Shown: piece by piece, positions 24,466 through 37,577 of the stretch
Position numbering within the stretch: the stretch's first letter is position 1
Layout: the number at the start of each line of letters is the position of its first letter
Origin: Lingula anatina
Taxonomy: Eukaryota > Animalia > Brachiopoda
Direction of reading: 5' to 3'
Assembly: GCA_051362555.1 (NCBI GenBank)
Contig: CM120645.1
Location: 12,648,001-12,712,000 of the forward strand
DNA length: 64,000 bases
Program-made: the position numbers and the translations under genes
Notes under the pieces: generated by a model
Seen by the model: only the letters and a program-made list of their open reading frames with translations
What the model was told of the DNA's origin: nothing
Databases searched by the model: none

Positions 24466-25441
24466 TATGTGGAAGTGCTATATAGATACTCTGCCAAGCT
24501 AACATCTTGTCACGGGATGCCATACGTTTGATTGATATATAATGTACAGAAGATGCGTATCTTAAAATTTGATAAACTGATAAACATACCTCGTCCCTCA
24601 TAACGTGACATATCAGTACAACACACGCATGCATCACATAAAGCCGGAGTCGACTTAATATTTAAGGCATCCTAATTATTAAAGACCGCCCGGCTTAATT
24701 AGTGAAAAATGCTAATTAATTGGTATCGTTCGGCTTAATTGGCGAAGCATGCTTATTAATTGTGACGAGAAGTGCAAAGGATGGTTATCACTATTGCTAC
24801 ATAACAATATATTGAATGAAAAAGAAATTAAAAGGAAGTACTTTCAGAAGATCATTTTGATTAAATCGAGAATCGCACCAACTCGCGTTATGGGTTGATT
24901 GAGCAGTGATTTAAGGGTTTGGGAAACAAAGGGGTATGCCGAACCAGGAATTCGTAGAGCTATACGCAAATGTCGCGGATTCAACAAGACGGGGGTGGAG
25001 GTGGGGAGGGGTGTTCTGAAACCGGGTCGAGTATCGATGTATTTGAAGTTAAAAATACAAGTTAAAATTGCTCCATGTATATTCCCAGTCCCTTCTTACT
25101 TCAAGTTGAGTGTTATACCGCAGCACCCGGAGTGTCATAGCTAAGTGGAAACTCGCGTGTCACTCTGTTCTCAGAGGCACGTTGTTAAGGATACTGTGAG
25201 CGTTTGCCAGTAACTTTATTTACTGCCTTACATTCTATTGGATAACAGATACATCTCCAGTGTTAAGTGACTAATTAATTAAAATTTACACATGTTATCT
25301 TCATAATTGCGACTTTGTGGTAAAATGAAATATCGGGTTTCTCAAATTTCTCCTGTTACTGAGCACCCACGAAGACCGTTTTAACGCCAATGACAGCATT
25401 TAGTAATCCAAAACCCTATGCGATATTTTTTAAAAACCTTA

Positions 25442-25656
25442 GGCTCTGTTCTCACAACTTTTAGATCGATCTATCACCGCGGGGAGTCTCACTAGATTAC
25501 TGTCAGATAATCCCCCTTAAGTGTCCGTCCCCGCCTACTACAAGCTTTAAGGGGTAATTAACTTTCGTGTCCGCCCGGCTGACAGCTATTTAGCGTGAAC
25601 CCCCAGGGAGTTAGGTCGATCCAATGTAGGTCGATCTAATCTATGAGAATGGGGTG
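25442..25656. mobile_element. Family-A MITE
   Basis: TTA TSD; near-identical to 20761-20975. Confidence 0.88.
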
Positions 25657-25865
25657 TTAGTTCAGATTTCATCGTTGATAAAGCAAAATAATCTTTGTTT
25701 AATGAAAATCTGTTAATAGGGGCTCATAACTCCATAACAAAAACATTTCAACCAAAATGACGAAGCCCATGCATTTGTGGTCAACTCTGCCAATTTTCGT
25801 TATAAAATCTTGTTCAGGGATGAAGTTACTCCCTGTACTGTCTGCTCTCTGTACACCTCAAAATA

Positions 25866-26829
25866 CAGGCCTTCCCAACTACCAGACTCGGCACCTACAG
25901 GTCCAGTATAAACCGATTTATCAGACCACACTACCCGTTTTCAAGGTGTGTGTCAGATCGCATTACAGAGTATCAGCCACCACACCGATTTTGCCTGGTG
26001 CGCGATGTGATAGCAATGATTCTAAGCGGGGTTGGAAAGTAGTGCATCTCATCTAGATTCATGCGCTGCTGCAATTTTCTCTGTTTATGCTAAAATCTGA
26101 CAGTACCGCAATTTTTAACATAAAATTTAGGTTCGGACATAGCCATTGATGTTTTGTAAATAAGAACTTGCAAACTTATATATTAATTTAGAAAAGTATA
26201 CCTAATTTTGATAGCAGAAGCATATTCTGTCGGGGGTTAAATATTTTTGTGACTACCGGGATGGACGAGATTGAGGGCAGGGGTAATCCTAGAGATGGGT
26301 GAGAAACGTCCATTGTTCTCGTCAGCGAGGCTGTCCTTTTTCAGGGTTTGTACGCACGGACAGAAAACTTAAGTATTGTGGGAACGTTACTAATGAAGCC
26401 ACTGGTAGTACTAGTAGATATCAGCCTGTAGTCTTGAACAAGCGCCTCGATGACGAGTGAACAGTTGTCAAAAACAAAAGACCCAGGTGTGGTAGTTCAA
26501 CTACTGTTGATGCGTGCCGCAACGACCAAACCTAATTGCTCCTCAAGGTCACAAAACAATAACCGGTACTGACGGCTAGGCTCGTCTTAATCATATAAGT
26601 AGCGCGTTTCCACCCCCTGATTGAGGGAGTCGTCTGTTGTATTCATGCGACTCCTACTTGACGAAAACGAGGCGCGATACCCGGATGACAGGTAGGCTTA
26701 CAGAATTTGTGATAGGGTATGATACTCTTTTATGCGATCTGACACACACCTTGAAAACGGGTAGTGTGGTCAGATATACCGGTTTATTCTGGACCCGTAG
26801 GTGCCTAGTCTGGTAGTTAGGAAGGCCTG
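25866..26829. mobile_element. 964-bp non-autonomous DNA transposon with ~110-bp TIRs and 5-bp TSD
   Basis: AAATA|CAGGCCTTCCCAACTACCAGACT...ACCCGTTTTCAAGGTGTGTGTCAGATCGCAT ... ATGCGATCTGACACACACCTTGAAAACGGGT...AGTCTGGTAGTTAGGAAGGCCTG|AAATA; no transposase ORF. Confidence 0.9.
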
Positions 26830-29800
26830 AAATAGAAAGACTTTATATTGACGATAAAAGACTTGAGTGGCCTATGCTTATGCAAACCCACGAGAAATAT
26901 AAACGTCGATTCCTGATACTTCCTGGATGATTTTAATTGTTTTAAGCAGCACAAAGATAAATGCATTACTGAGTAATAAGATGCAGGAAAACTCATTTTC
27001 GGTGTCTGGATGGCAATAAATCCTTACTGTGTCCTTAACAGAGGCAAACTTCCAGATTGCTCTGGAATTCTAGGTGATCGTCGCGGTAACGTGGTAAAAT
27101 CAAGGGTGACGCCCATTTCCCGGCATTCAAAGTAAAAATAACTAACAATATCAACATTTTCAACATCTGTGCCACTTGTTATTCTTAAAATAAAGCTTTA
27201 CAAATTCTGGTAAACATATCTCTTAAATGTAAACAGTAATAATCATGTAGAAATAAAATTCATATATAAATAAGTTGAAGATACACGAATGTTGAGAATT
27301 ACAGTAAAATATCAGTCAAAACAGTCGGACTAAAGCTAATTGAACAAATTTTGCGCATCAAAACCTCTGGCAAGGTATCAATTATTACACTATCTGATCA
27401 AATACTGTAAAGCTTATGTATGCACATCCTACTACTAGCTATGTTGTATACATGATGGTCTTGAACTGAAACTCACAGCAGACGACATTTACATGCCTCC
27501 AATGCCAAGTTACTTAGACTAACAACGATGTATCATGAGAGGCTACGGCACGTATAATGAACAAAACTGGCTAGAAGATTAATTACAGATAGTAGTCGGG
27601 AACACCATGAGCCTCAGATCCGATGCATGTCAGTGTAATGGCAATAGTGATTTGATACTGAAGAAGCTGACCTGCGTCGGCTCTGAAACCCCGGCAGATT
27701 GATGTGAAATATTGGCGTAAGCTTGTCTTGAAGATTTCCTTTCACAGCGGACTGCTTCATGGTGTAAACGTAAACGTTTTTAAATTGACAAAACCCGTCT
27801 ACAAATATTGACTAAAAGCACTACATGAACTAAACGGTGGCTACGCTATCCAACTTTGTAACAACGGTTCAAGTAAACTATTCATACTTTCTCAGGCGCT
27901 AATGATTCACAGATCTACTATACTTACTACCATGTACGACCCCTGTCCAGTTCCACAACAAGACTTTGTAGAAAGTCGATATTCAATTGTAGTCTACTTT
28001 GACTTGGGATAAACCATCAACAGTCCACATATTCGTTTCACAAAAAGTCAGAAATGGTATGTATTTTAGATCTAGTAATATATAAACCGCTGCATTTTTT
28101 TCCGAGTCAAAGTAGACCAAACTTTCCTAACCGTTAATTTAGTTAAAACGTATTCTAGAAGCCTTGCTCTCATTGCTGTGAAAATGCTAGTGGAATGTTA
28201 ACTTAGTATTCTATATGATCTACAAGCCACTCTTATGGCACATGACTGGCCACTACTCAGAATTTTAAGGAACAAAATGATATTTTATATCTGAATACCG
28301 TCCACTACGATTTGACTGGCAAAACTAGCATATACTACGTAGCATAAATTGTTGTCATTCAAACCCCTTCCTTCCCCCTTCTCTATCTTTTACTGGCCAA
28401 AACATGCTACCTAAGATCAATCCACCTACAGCAAAAGAAAATACTCAAAACACTAACTGCAAAATATATTTCAGTCAGAAGCGTGTCAAGAATATATTTA
28501 AAGAAGCTGACTATGTAACACTTCCTACTGCATCTAGTTATTGCACTTCAAAAGATCCCATATATATTCATAAAGACCATACATAATCATATCTTACATC
28601 ACTGTATAAATGTACAAGAGGAATTGGTACTACCTCACATACAAAAAAAGAAGCATGTATGACATAAATGCAATATACAAGACAATAACGCTGGTTTTGA
28701 TGCTATTCTCGAGATATATAATGCACAACCCAGAACTTCACATCACATACTTAATAATGCTGCACTTATCCCATAACCTTTAAATAATCAAAGATTCTAT
28801 TTTTCTGAGCAAAGAAATGTATATATTGTACATTAGCTCCACTGTATACAATTTCTATACAACAATGACACATATTTACATTGACATCTTTTAGGTCGAA
28901 CAACAAAAATTTTGCCACATTCTTCAGTCAAAGCTAGCAATGTGCCGAGTCCATAAAACCATGCTACATATACTTATTATGACTGGTATGTACACAAACC
29001 TAAGTGGTCAGCAAAATTTTACAGACTTATATTGATTCCATTGTACATAATAAATAAATAAATCAGCTAATATATTTACAGTTATAGAGTACCATGTTCA
29101 ATAACGGTACTGATTATAAAGGAAACTTTTTGCTACATCATAATAAAAACTAAATGCTCAACTTGTTTCATAATTGCTTTACAACATTATAAACCGGGGT
29201 AATGTTTTTTGAATATAATACTAGCTGATTCTAAATAATCATCAACATTATTTAATCATAACCAAAAAAATCAAATACAAAATTGCACAAAAAACAAGTC
29301 AACATTAATTATCATGGTTAAAGCTAATGATTTTACTTCCTTAAACTGAAGTTATTGTTTGGAACTATGTTCTGCCATGTTATAACATGTTATTATTACT
29401 GGAAGCATTGACAAAGTTATAAAAAAAAAAGCCTTCGGCAATAAACTTTAAATTATCAGATTCATACTTCCTTTGCCAAAGTAATTCAAAACTTAGATCC
29501 ACTTCAACATGTATCAAACCGTCCAGGTCAGAGTTTTAGTGCATCTAACAAGACTTTCTATGTCATAATCATCAAGATAGAAACTCCAAGAGCACAAGCA
29601 ATCACGGTTTCAGAAGAACTGTCACCTGTCAGAAAGAGGATGCCCTGTGGAATAGAGATGACGACCCCATGACACTTCAAAGCATAGCCTCCTGTCAATA
29701 GTGTTTTGATTTCATTTCTATGTCCACTAATCAATGGACATGACCACGCAACTGGGTTATATTTATCTTAGGAACCTGATAGGTTCAAATGCCGAATTTC

Positions 29801-29918
29801 CAACAATGTAGAGGTCAGCCACTGTGGGCAGCAGCAGGGGGCAGCACATGTTCAATATGAGACATTATGGTGCCACATTCCGGTCAAGCATTCATGATGT
29901 AACACTTGAGTAGAAGCC

Positions 29919-30326
29919 GTGTAGCTGGTAATCCATGAACACAGACAGTTAACATGTAGCCAGCATTCCATTACCATGAACACAGGCATTTACCATGTAG
30001 AGGGTCATCCAGTACCATGAACACTGGCAGTTACCATGAGACTGGTCATTCAGTACCATAAACACTGGCAGTTACCATGTGGCTGGTCATCTAGTACCAT
30101 AAACACTGGCAGTTACCATGTGGCTGGCCATCCAGTAGCATGAACACTGGCAGTTACCATGTGGCTGGTCATCCAGTACCATGAACACTGGCAGTTACCA
30201 TGTGGCTGGTCATCTAGTACCATAAACACTGGCAGTTACCATGTGGCTGGTCATCCAGTAGCATGAACACTGGCAGTTACCATGTGGCTGGTCATCCAGT
30301 AGCATGAATATTTGCAGTTACAATGT
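29919..30326. repeat. 41-bp minisatellite (~10 copies) downstream of the CADPS stop
   Basis: Unit CCAGTACCATGAACACTGGCAGTTACCATGTGGCTGGTCAT; degenerate at both edges. Confidence 0.92.
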
Positions 30327-30645
30327 AACTTGTATACCATTTAAGATTGCAGTCAATTCAGTCAGTTTTCAGATTCCATTTGATTCAAAATGAGGAACAG
30401 TGAACCACTAAAGCTCCATCAGGTAGCACAGTATGTTTGACACCATAGATTTTAGAGTTTGTAGTAGCAACATCATGGATAGTCACCATGGAAATGGCTG
30501 TATGGTACCAGCTGCTTACTCAATAACTGACAGATTTTCTAGCATCCCCAGTTCATGTGTGGATAAAGGTCCAGCATTACCAGGCGATAGTGACTTTAAA
30601 CAGGACGTGGTGAGAGATGAGTTTTGAAATTTCAGTGTCATAATT

Positions 30646-30901
30646 TCAGCTGTCACTGCCTTTGAGAGCACCAAATTTAGCGACACCATTACTAAGGAAT
30701 TTTGAAGCACCGCCGGAGAATCCGCTGGCTGCACTGCCGAGCCCGCTGGTCATACTGCCCAGGCTCATGCTGGGGCTGTTACTGGTGCTGCTGGAGGTGC
30801 CCTTGCAAGACTGGGTGGCCTCTTCAACCTGGGGGAATACAGTGATATTAGCCTTATATAGCCATTTACAGTCCAATTCCTTGGTTTACTACTACTACTA
30901 A

Positions 30902-30953
<52 letters not shown>

Positions 30954-32575
30954 TTATTTGCAACTAAAATAGTTGGATTGTATAAAACACTTAACTGATA
31001 AACTGACTAATTGATAATAAGATTAATAAAATTGTTAATTGAATGTGTTAAGATGAAATTAAAAATCTGGTACTCAGTTTACAAAATGTTTGTAGCGATA
31101 ATGATAATAATACAGTAAATGTGGCAGATACTTTCTTTAATATAATGAAATATAAGACAGAGGAGATGCACTACATAAATTTCTCTCTGATAACCAAGCA
31201 TAGGTTTTGAACAGACGGGAAACATTTCATATTAAAGGGATAACAACTCTTCGTATAAAATCTATATTTCACAATAAAAACATTGTGAACAACTCATAGA
31301 AATATAATACATTCTATTGTACAAGAAAAACAGCAGCTATAGCTATTATTCTGATATCTGAGCTTGTCTTTAGACCACGTGACCTCCATTGATGGCTATA
31401 CTCTGTTATAATCTCTTAAGAGATTTTCACAAAAAAAAAAAAAAAAAAAAAAAAACTTTTTAGAAAAAAACCAGGGACTAACTTTGAATGTAAAAATGGA
31501 TTCATTAACCATTGGTCAGTACGGGAAAATTGTTGTTTACTCCAGGAAAATTCATTTTTTGGCCAAAACAAAGAGTTATTATCCCTTTAAGCTACCATAA
31601 GTCAAGTCATCTTTAGGGCATTAGGCCACACTTTTTTTATTTTTATGGATGACATCCTGCGCGCGCACCGATTTTCATCCGTTCTCCAAACCCCCCCCCC
31701 CCACGAAGTCAGTTGTCGCAAACGTCGTTTTTTCGCCCTCTCGCACCGATTTCGGGGTCCCAAGAGGATGTCATCCATAAAAATTAAAAAGTGTGGCCTT
31801 ATGTGTAAAAAAAAAAAAAATTACAAAAAACAATATTTTATACAGTACACGCTGACAAAAATTCAAATTTCTTCAAATCTTATACCTGTAGTCTGTTGCA
31901 TATAGTTTGGTAAGTCTTCGAGTTGAGGATTTCTTCACTAACACCTTGAAGCTCAAAGTCTGAATAACATTTCTAAAAAGAAACAAAATTTGCAGTGAAA
32001 TACCTGGTCTGAAATGTTTATTAAATCTAAACACTTTTATTTTCTACACATATTTGCTGCAGCTCCAGAGCTATTATAATGGATACACAAATTTGAACCC
32101 TTACATTAAAACAGACATATGTGCAAACACATTTAATGATGAGCGTATTCAGTTGCCTTGAACTGTTGGCTTGTCATTACCTTTGCTATTGTTTGATAAC
32201 ACTGTAGCTGTACCGGGTGAAGGGAAAGATCCAGGCGGTTAGATAACCAGTCACACAGCGTCTTCATCTGGCGGGTATACCATTGCTGGAATATAAGTCA
32301 ATACAATAACTATCATATTATACACCTTTACAATAATATTACAGCTATGAACACTAAGTTGACTGCTCTGCAGTTTGTATCAATTCAAAATATTGCATTT
32401 ACATTGCACTTTTTACAAACTGTGTTCAAGTGGTGAGATCAATTTAGAATAATTTTGCAAATTCAATAAAACAATAAATCTAATTAATAAATGAAATAAT
32501 TACCAAACAATCCCAATAACCAAATGAGGAATATTGCCAATGCCAGCTTAAGATTATTAAACACCTGTGTCAGTC

Positions 32576-32610
<35 letters not shown>

Positions 32611-35600
32611 ATAGGATCCTCACGATCTTTAGTATTCTTACTTCACATATGGAGAGTACAAAGAGTTCATCCGATATTTTTTGTCTAATAACGTCCAGGT
32701 TAGCTCTCATAAATGTCACGTATTCTTTTCCTACTTCCTGGTTACTGACTGGGACCTTTTTCTGATAAAACAAGAATTAAAAAATAAATACAAAATAGTT
32801 CAATTATCTTCTTTTTTACAACAATTCAATTACTTAATTCATAGAAATGATAATATTAGTTTAACTCACTGTCAAACTGCAATTAAAGGGATAATAACTC
32901 TTCGTATGAGATCTATATTTCACAATAAAAACATTGTGAATAACTCATAGAAATATAATATATTCTGTTTTGCCACAAAAACGGCAGTTATAGCTATTAT
33001 TCTGATATCTGAGCTCGTCTTTAGACCACGTGACCTCCATTGATGGCTATACTCTGTTAAAATCTCTTAAGAGATTTTAACAAAAAAACAAACTTTTTAG
33101 AAAAAAAAACAGGGACTAACTTTGAATGTAAAAATGGATTCATTAACCATTGGTAAGTATGGGAAAATTGTTGTTTACTCCAGGAAAATTCATTTTTTGG
33201 CCGAAACAAAGAGTTATTATCCCTTTAATCTCTCTGATCCAATTATGGTTAAGTATAACTGTTTGAAATGTGATCAATTTAAAGAAACTGGTGTCCAATA
33301 TTAAGTTTTTATCAGTATTCTTGAAAATTTCTACTCACTGCTATGTTCATTATGGAGGACAGGAAAGAACCTTCATCATAGCGAGAGAGTTTGTGAACAA
33401 CATTTTCCAAGATGCTCAAAAGCTGAAACAGAATGGTTAAAAGTAATACAAACTTTCATAACATCAAACATAAGGGGCAAAGTGTAAGATGGAAGAAGTA
33501 TAAAGGTAAGTTTTGTGTTGACAAATATATTACATGAAAGCTACGGTTCATCAGTGCACAAGAATATACAGACATGAGCCTAGGTTTAAAAAAAAAAAAA
33601 AACCTCTGAACATTTATCACATGAATTAACACTTTACATTGACAAATCTCAGGAACCATGAGAATTGAATAAAAAAATGCGGAATTCTGCTTTTCCGCAG
33701 AAAGAGCTTGTGTCTAAATCTACCTGCACATTTACTTACTTCAAAGATATGATAAATGTCACTGTTGTTTTTAAACATCTTATTCTATTTTATTAGTTAA
33801 CAATTTCTGTGAAAGCTGTCACACCTTATCTACCACACTCTTCACCATCTGAGTCTGGATCTTCTCCAGGAGCTCATCTACCTGGGTGTGGTACTGACGC
33901 TGGAAACATTCAGAAGATCCAATTAATTTCTTATCTCTAAATGATATACTTGTAACGATCTAGACATTATTTTTTTACTTTAAATGGTAAAGATAGCCTA
34001 TTTAAGTTTGGCAACTGCATTCATTGTGGGCCAATCATTTCTGAAAAAGCTCTAAGATTAATACTGCAAAGTAGACTTTATGAAGACAACTTAACTTTAT
34101 AAAGATGTCTATCAGACTTTGAAAAATCCATTAATCAGCCTAAGTTTTCCAGGTTAGCCATCAGATTTCAGTAGTCTAACTTATTTCCAAAACCCTCAGG
34201 CTTTTTTGTGTAACAAATAAAGAAGTATCAATGTCAAGAGCATGTTACCATGTCCTCTGAGGGCATCTCCAGGGCACACAGCTTCAGACACTGGTTCTTG
34301 AAGTCCAGCGCCACATTCATCTGCACCATCATCTCTGAGGGGATTACGTAGTCTGTACCCCCGCGGCCCTTCTTCAACCACTGTTCAAAGGCTGTCAGAG
34401 TTCTGAAACAGAGACACTAATACATATACAATATTCTAAAGCCTTTTTTGTGAACTCAAGTATCAGCAATAGATGATACCTACAGAAGACAATTCCAAAC
34501 GAAGACATCCCCTCTTCCCAAGATAAAAGTAATGAGCAAAATAATCGGATATATTTGACTGCTACCTCTGACTGTTGTGCCCTCTTTATTCCCCGTGTTA
34601 TGGCAGTGACTCAATTTTTTCAATAGAGAACACTCTGAATTTTATAGATACTGAAAATCAGAACATTCCTATTGATTGTTCTATAGTTCTTTTCTATACA
34701 GTAAAAGCACCAAAAACCCTACACAGAAATACATCTTTAATGATTCTGAAATTACGCCAATGAAAGTTTTATGATTTTACCTCTTGAAAATGAGTCATTA
34801 CCTTATCTGAACCATACCTTTTAGCTGCGGCTTCAATCATATCAGAGGCCATCTGTTTCAGCCGGTGGTCCAGGTGTTCAGCAAAGACCTCGTCAGGCCA
34901 GTGGAGGTCACGGATGAAGGACTGGAGAGCGTCCAGCTTCCACAGCATGTCCTCCGACGTGTTACACCCATTGCTGGAAGTGGATTAAATAAATAATTTA
35001 AAATAAAATATGTAAATAAATAAATGAATAAAAAGTGATTAGATGGACTGGAATAGACATCTTGCGATTGAGAGCATGGAATGAGTATTTCATATCAGTA
35101 TTAGAATTATCTGTAATTAATCTGACAAAGAGTTGGATAAATACACAGACATAATCGCAAAGTCAGATAAGATTACTCCTTGATAAAAATAAGATTATTT
35201 ATAGATATTTATTTGTATCATTTTTTCCAATATGTCTTTTTGATAACATGAGCAGCACATTATAAAACTATTACAGACTTAAAACTTTTTGAATAGATAT
35301 AAATAAATTTAATTTAATTTCTCAAGTTTTTGCAATGGTGCTTTTGAATTAATGCTTTTAAAAATGACTCCTTTTGTTGAAAACTAACACGCTGAAGTTG
35401 CACGATAAGCATTAGAAAATACTCAGATCTTTTCATGATGTTCAATGGAATAAATCTAAAATCAGATTCAGATTCAGCTACAACACAGGTTAAAAAACAT
35501 ATCCAATTGACATTAATATAGAATTAACCCGAGAAGCACATACAGATACAGCAGAAATCAGATGGCATATAATCAATTATTAAAACAAATGCTAATGTTG

Positions 35601-37523
35601 TTGATAATAATCCCAGGCCTAATGCATCGCAGATGCCACAATCATTTATAAAGCAAACATCGAGTCATTTGTCAATAATTCATGAAATCATACTAAGGTG
35701 AAATGATAGAGTTGCATGAATTTACACAATCAAATATAGCACTCATTTCTTGCTTGACAACTGCATAAACGGTATCACATCCAAGTAGAGTTAATTCAGA
35801 GAACTTAATAATTCAAATTAAACAGCAAATGGATGATTTATAGGTAAAACAGAAACCCATTTTAAAAATGTTAGGAAATCACACAGACGCTATAAAACTA
35901 TTTTGTAATACAAGATATTTAAAGAAGATCACTGTAATTGAAGAGAGAGGGTTTTCATTGAAAAACACATTTCGGATAAACACACAAAATAAGATTACTT
36001 TTTGTATGGTAAAAAAAGTGGACAGACTATCTCATGCTCAACTAGACTATGCATTTATAAGAGCATAGGTATAAGAGGGGATGTGGAAAAAAGGGCATTG
36101 GAAATATTTTTCTTTCAAAGAAAATAATATTTATATCATTCATCTATCAAAGTCCATAACATTTAGGATATTTAATGAATAATGTTGGACATCAAAGCTG
36201 ATTTGTATTAACAAAGGGTGTTAAAGAGGACTGTATCTTGTATGTGGTTAGACACACATATCCAGCAAGTTTGGAGAACAAATTGGAATGGAACATTTGA
36301 CACAGATATGAATATATTAGTAAAACAATATATATGGGAACCAAAGGTTATCTTCATGCTACAGGGAAGAAACTATGATGATAATTATTAACAAATAAAT
36401 AAGTTAAACTAGTTCTCAGTTCCAGTCATAAAATTGCAAACTGTCTAATGCCATATGAACCTGCTATCCTTCTGCCATCTATAACTTCTATACAAGAGTT
36501 CAAGGCAATCATCTTTGACAACTGCTGCCATCTATAGATGTTCAAGGTGATCACCCTAACAAATGCTGCCATCAACAGTGTTCAAAGCAAACACCTTGAA
36601 AATGATATTCACTGGCATCAGACAGGTCCCATATATATAGACTTTCCTGAGAACTACAAATGTGGTGTTGTTAACTAGACAGGCAGTATACATCATAAGA
36701 AAAAGACAACAAGAAACAGAGAACACACTTATCTTTTCAACAGAAAGCTGTTTTGTTTCCTGCCAAGTACTTACCGAAGCGGAGTGCTATAGAAGTGAAG
36801 AGCATTCATACAGTGAGTTAATACTGCACACAATACAATGACAATATGTGCAACATGCCATACAGTATATGCTTACAATGAACACTGGGCCATTCCACAG
36901 TATTGTGTTTTTTCTTTCTTTTCTTTTTAAATCATCCCATTTTTAATTGGAATTGGTAATGACGAGTAAAATACACTGTGGAATGGTCCTTTTTTTTTTT
37001 CAGTCATGGCTGTGAGTCCCCCATGCAGTCAGTATTGCCACACATTCCATCTATCAATACACACTAGGCAGTGAAAACAAGCTACAGTAAAAACTGCATC
37101 ATTTTTATCCCCTAACAGTTTTTGAACCTGGCGATCAATCTGGACCTCAACAGAATACAGTGTCTTATTATTATTCTATGGAGGTACTGTATATTGTAAG
37201 GGAAAATATTTTCAAGACTCATAAAAATCTTGCAAAGGGATTTTGATGTCATTAACTCTCTTATGTATTAATAAAATCATTTAGCTAAAGCCAAACTGTG
37301 ATTTTTCTCGCTCTAATCTATGCGTAAGCAGAGTTCACAATGCTTAAACAAAAGGCTTCCTAACTCTTTAAGTTTAGCCATTTGTTATGATTAAATCCTT
37401 TTTGTAGAATTTTTTTTAATTTGCATCTTTTTCATGAAAAGTTTTATTAAATATAATGGGTGAAAGTCTGTTCCACAACCACCCATCTACTAGAGAGTAA
37501 CTCCTCCTCCTCTCTCTCTTTCT

Positions 37524-37577
<54 letters not shown>

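Noticed and set aside
25120-25200. tRNA/SINE-like A box (TAGCTAAGTGG)
   Set aside because: No B box or cloverleaf.
30570-30648. Stop-codon readthrough of CADPS
   Set aside because: The TGA-A context lacks the TGA-CTAG motif, and the short downstream frame is unremarkable.
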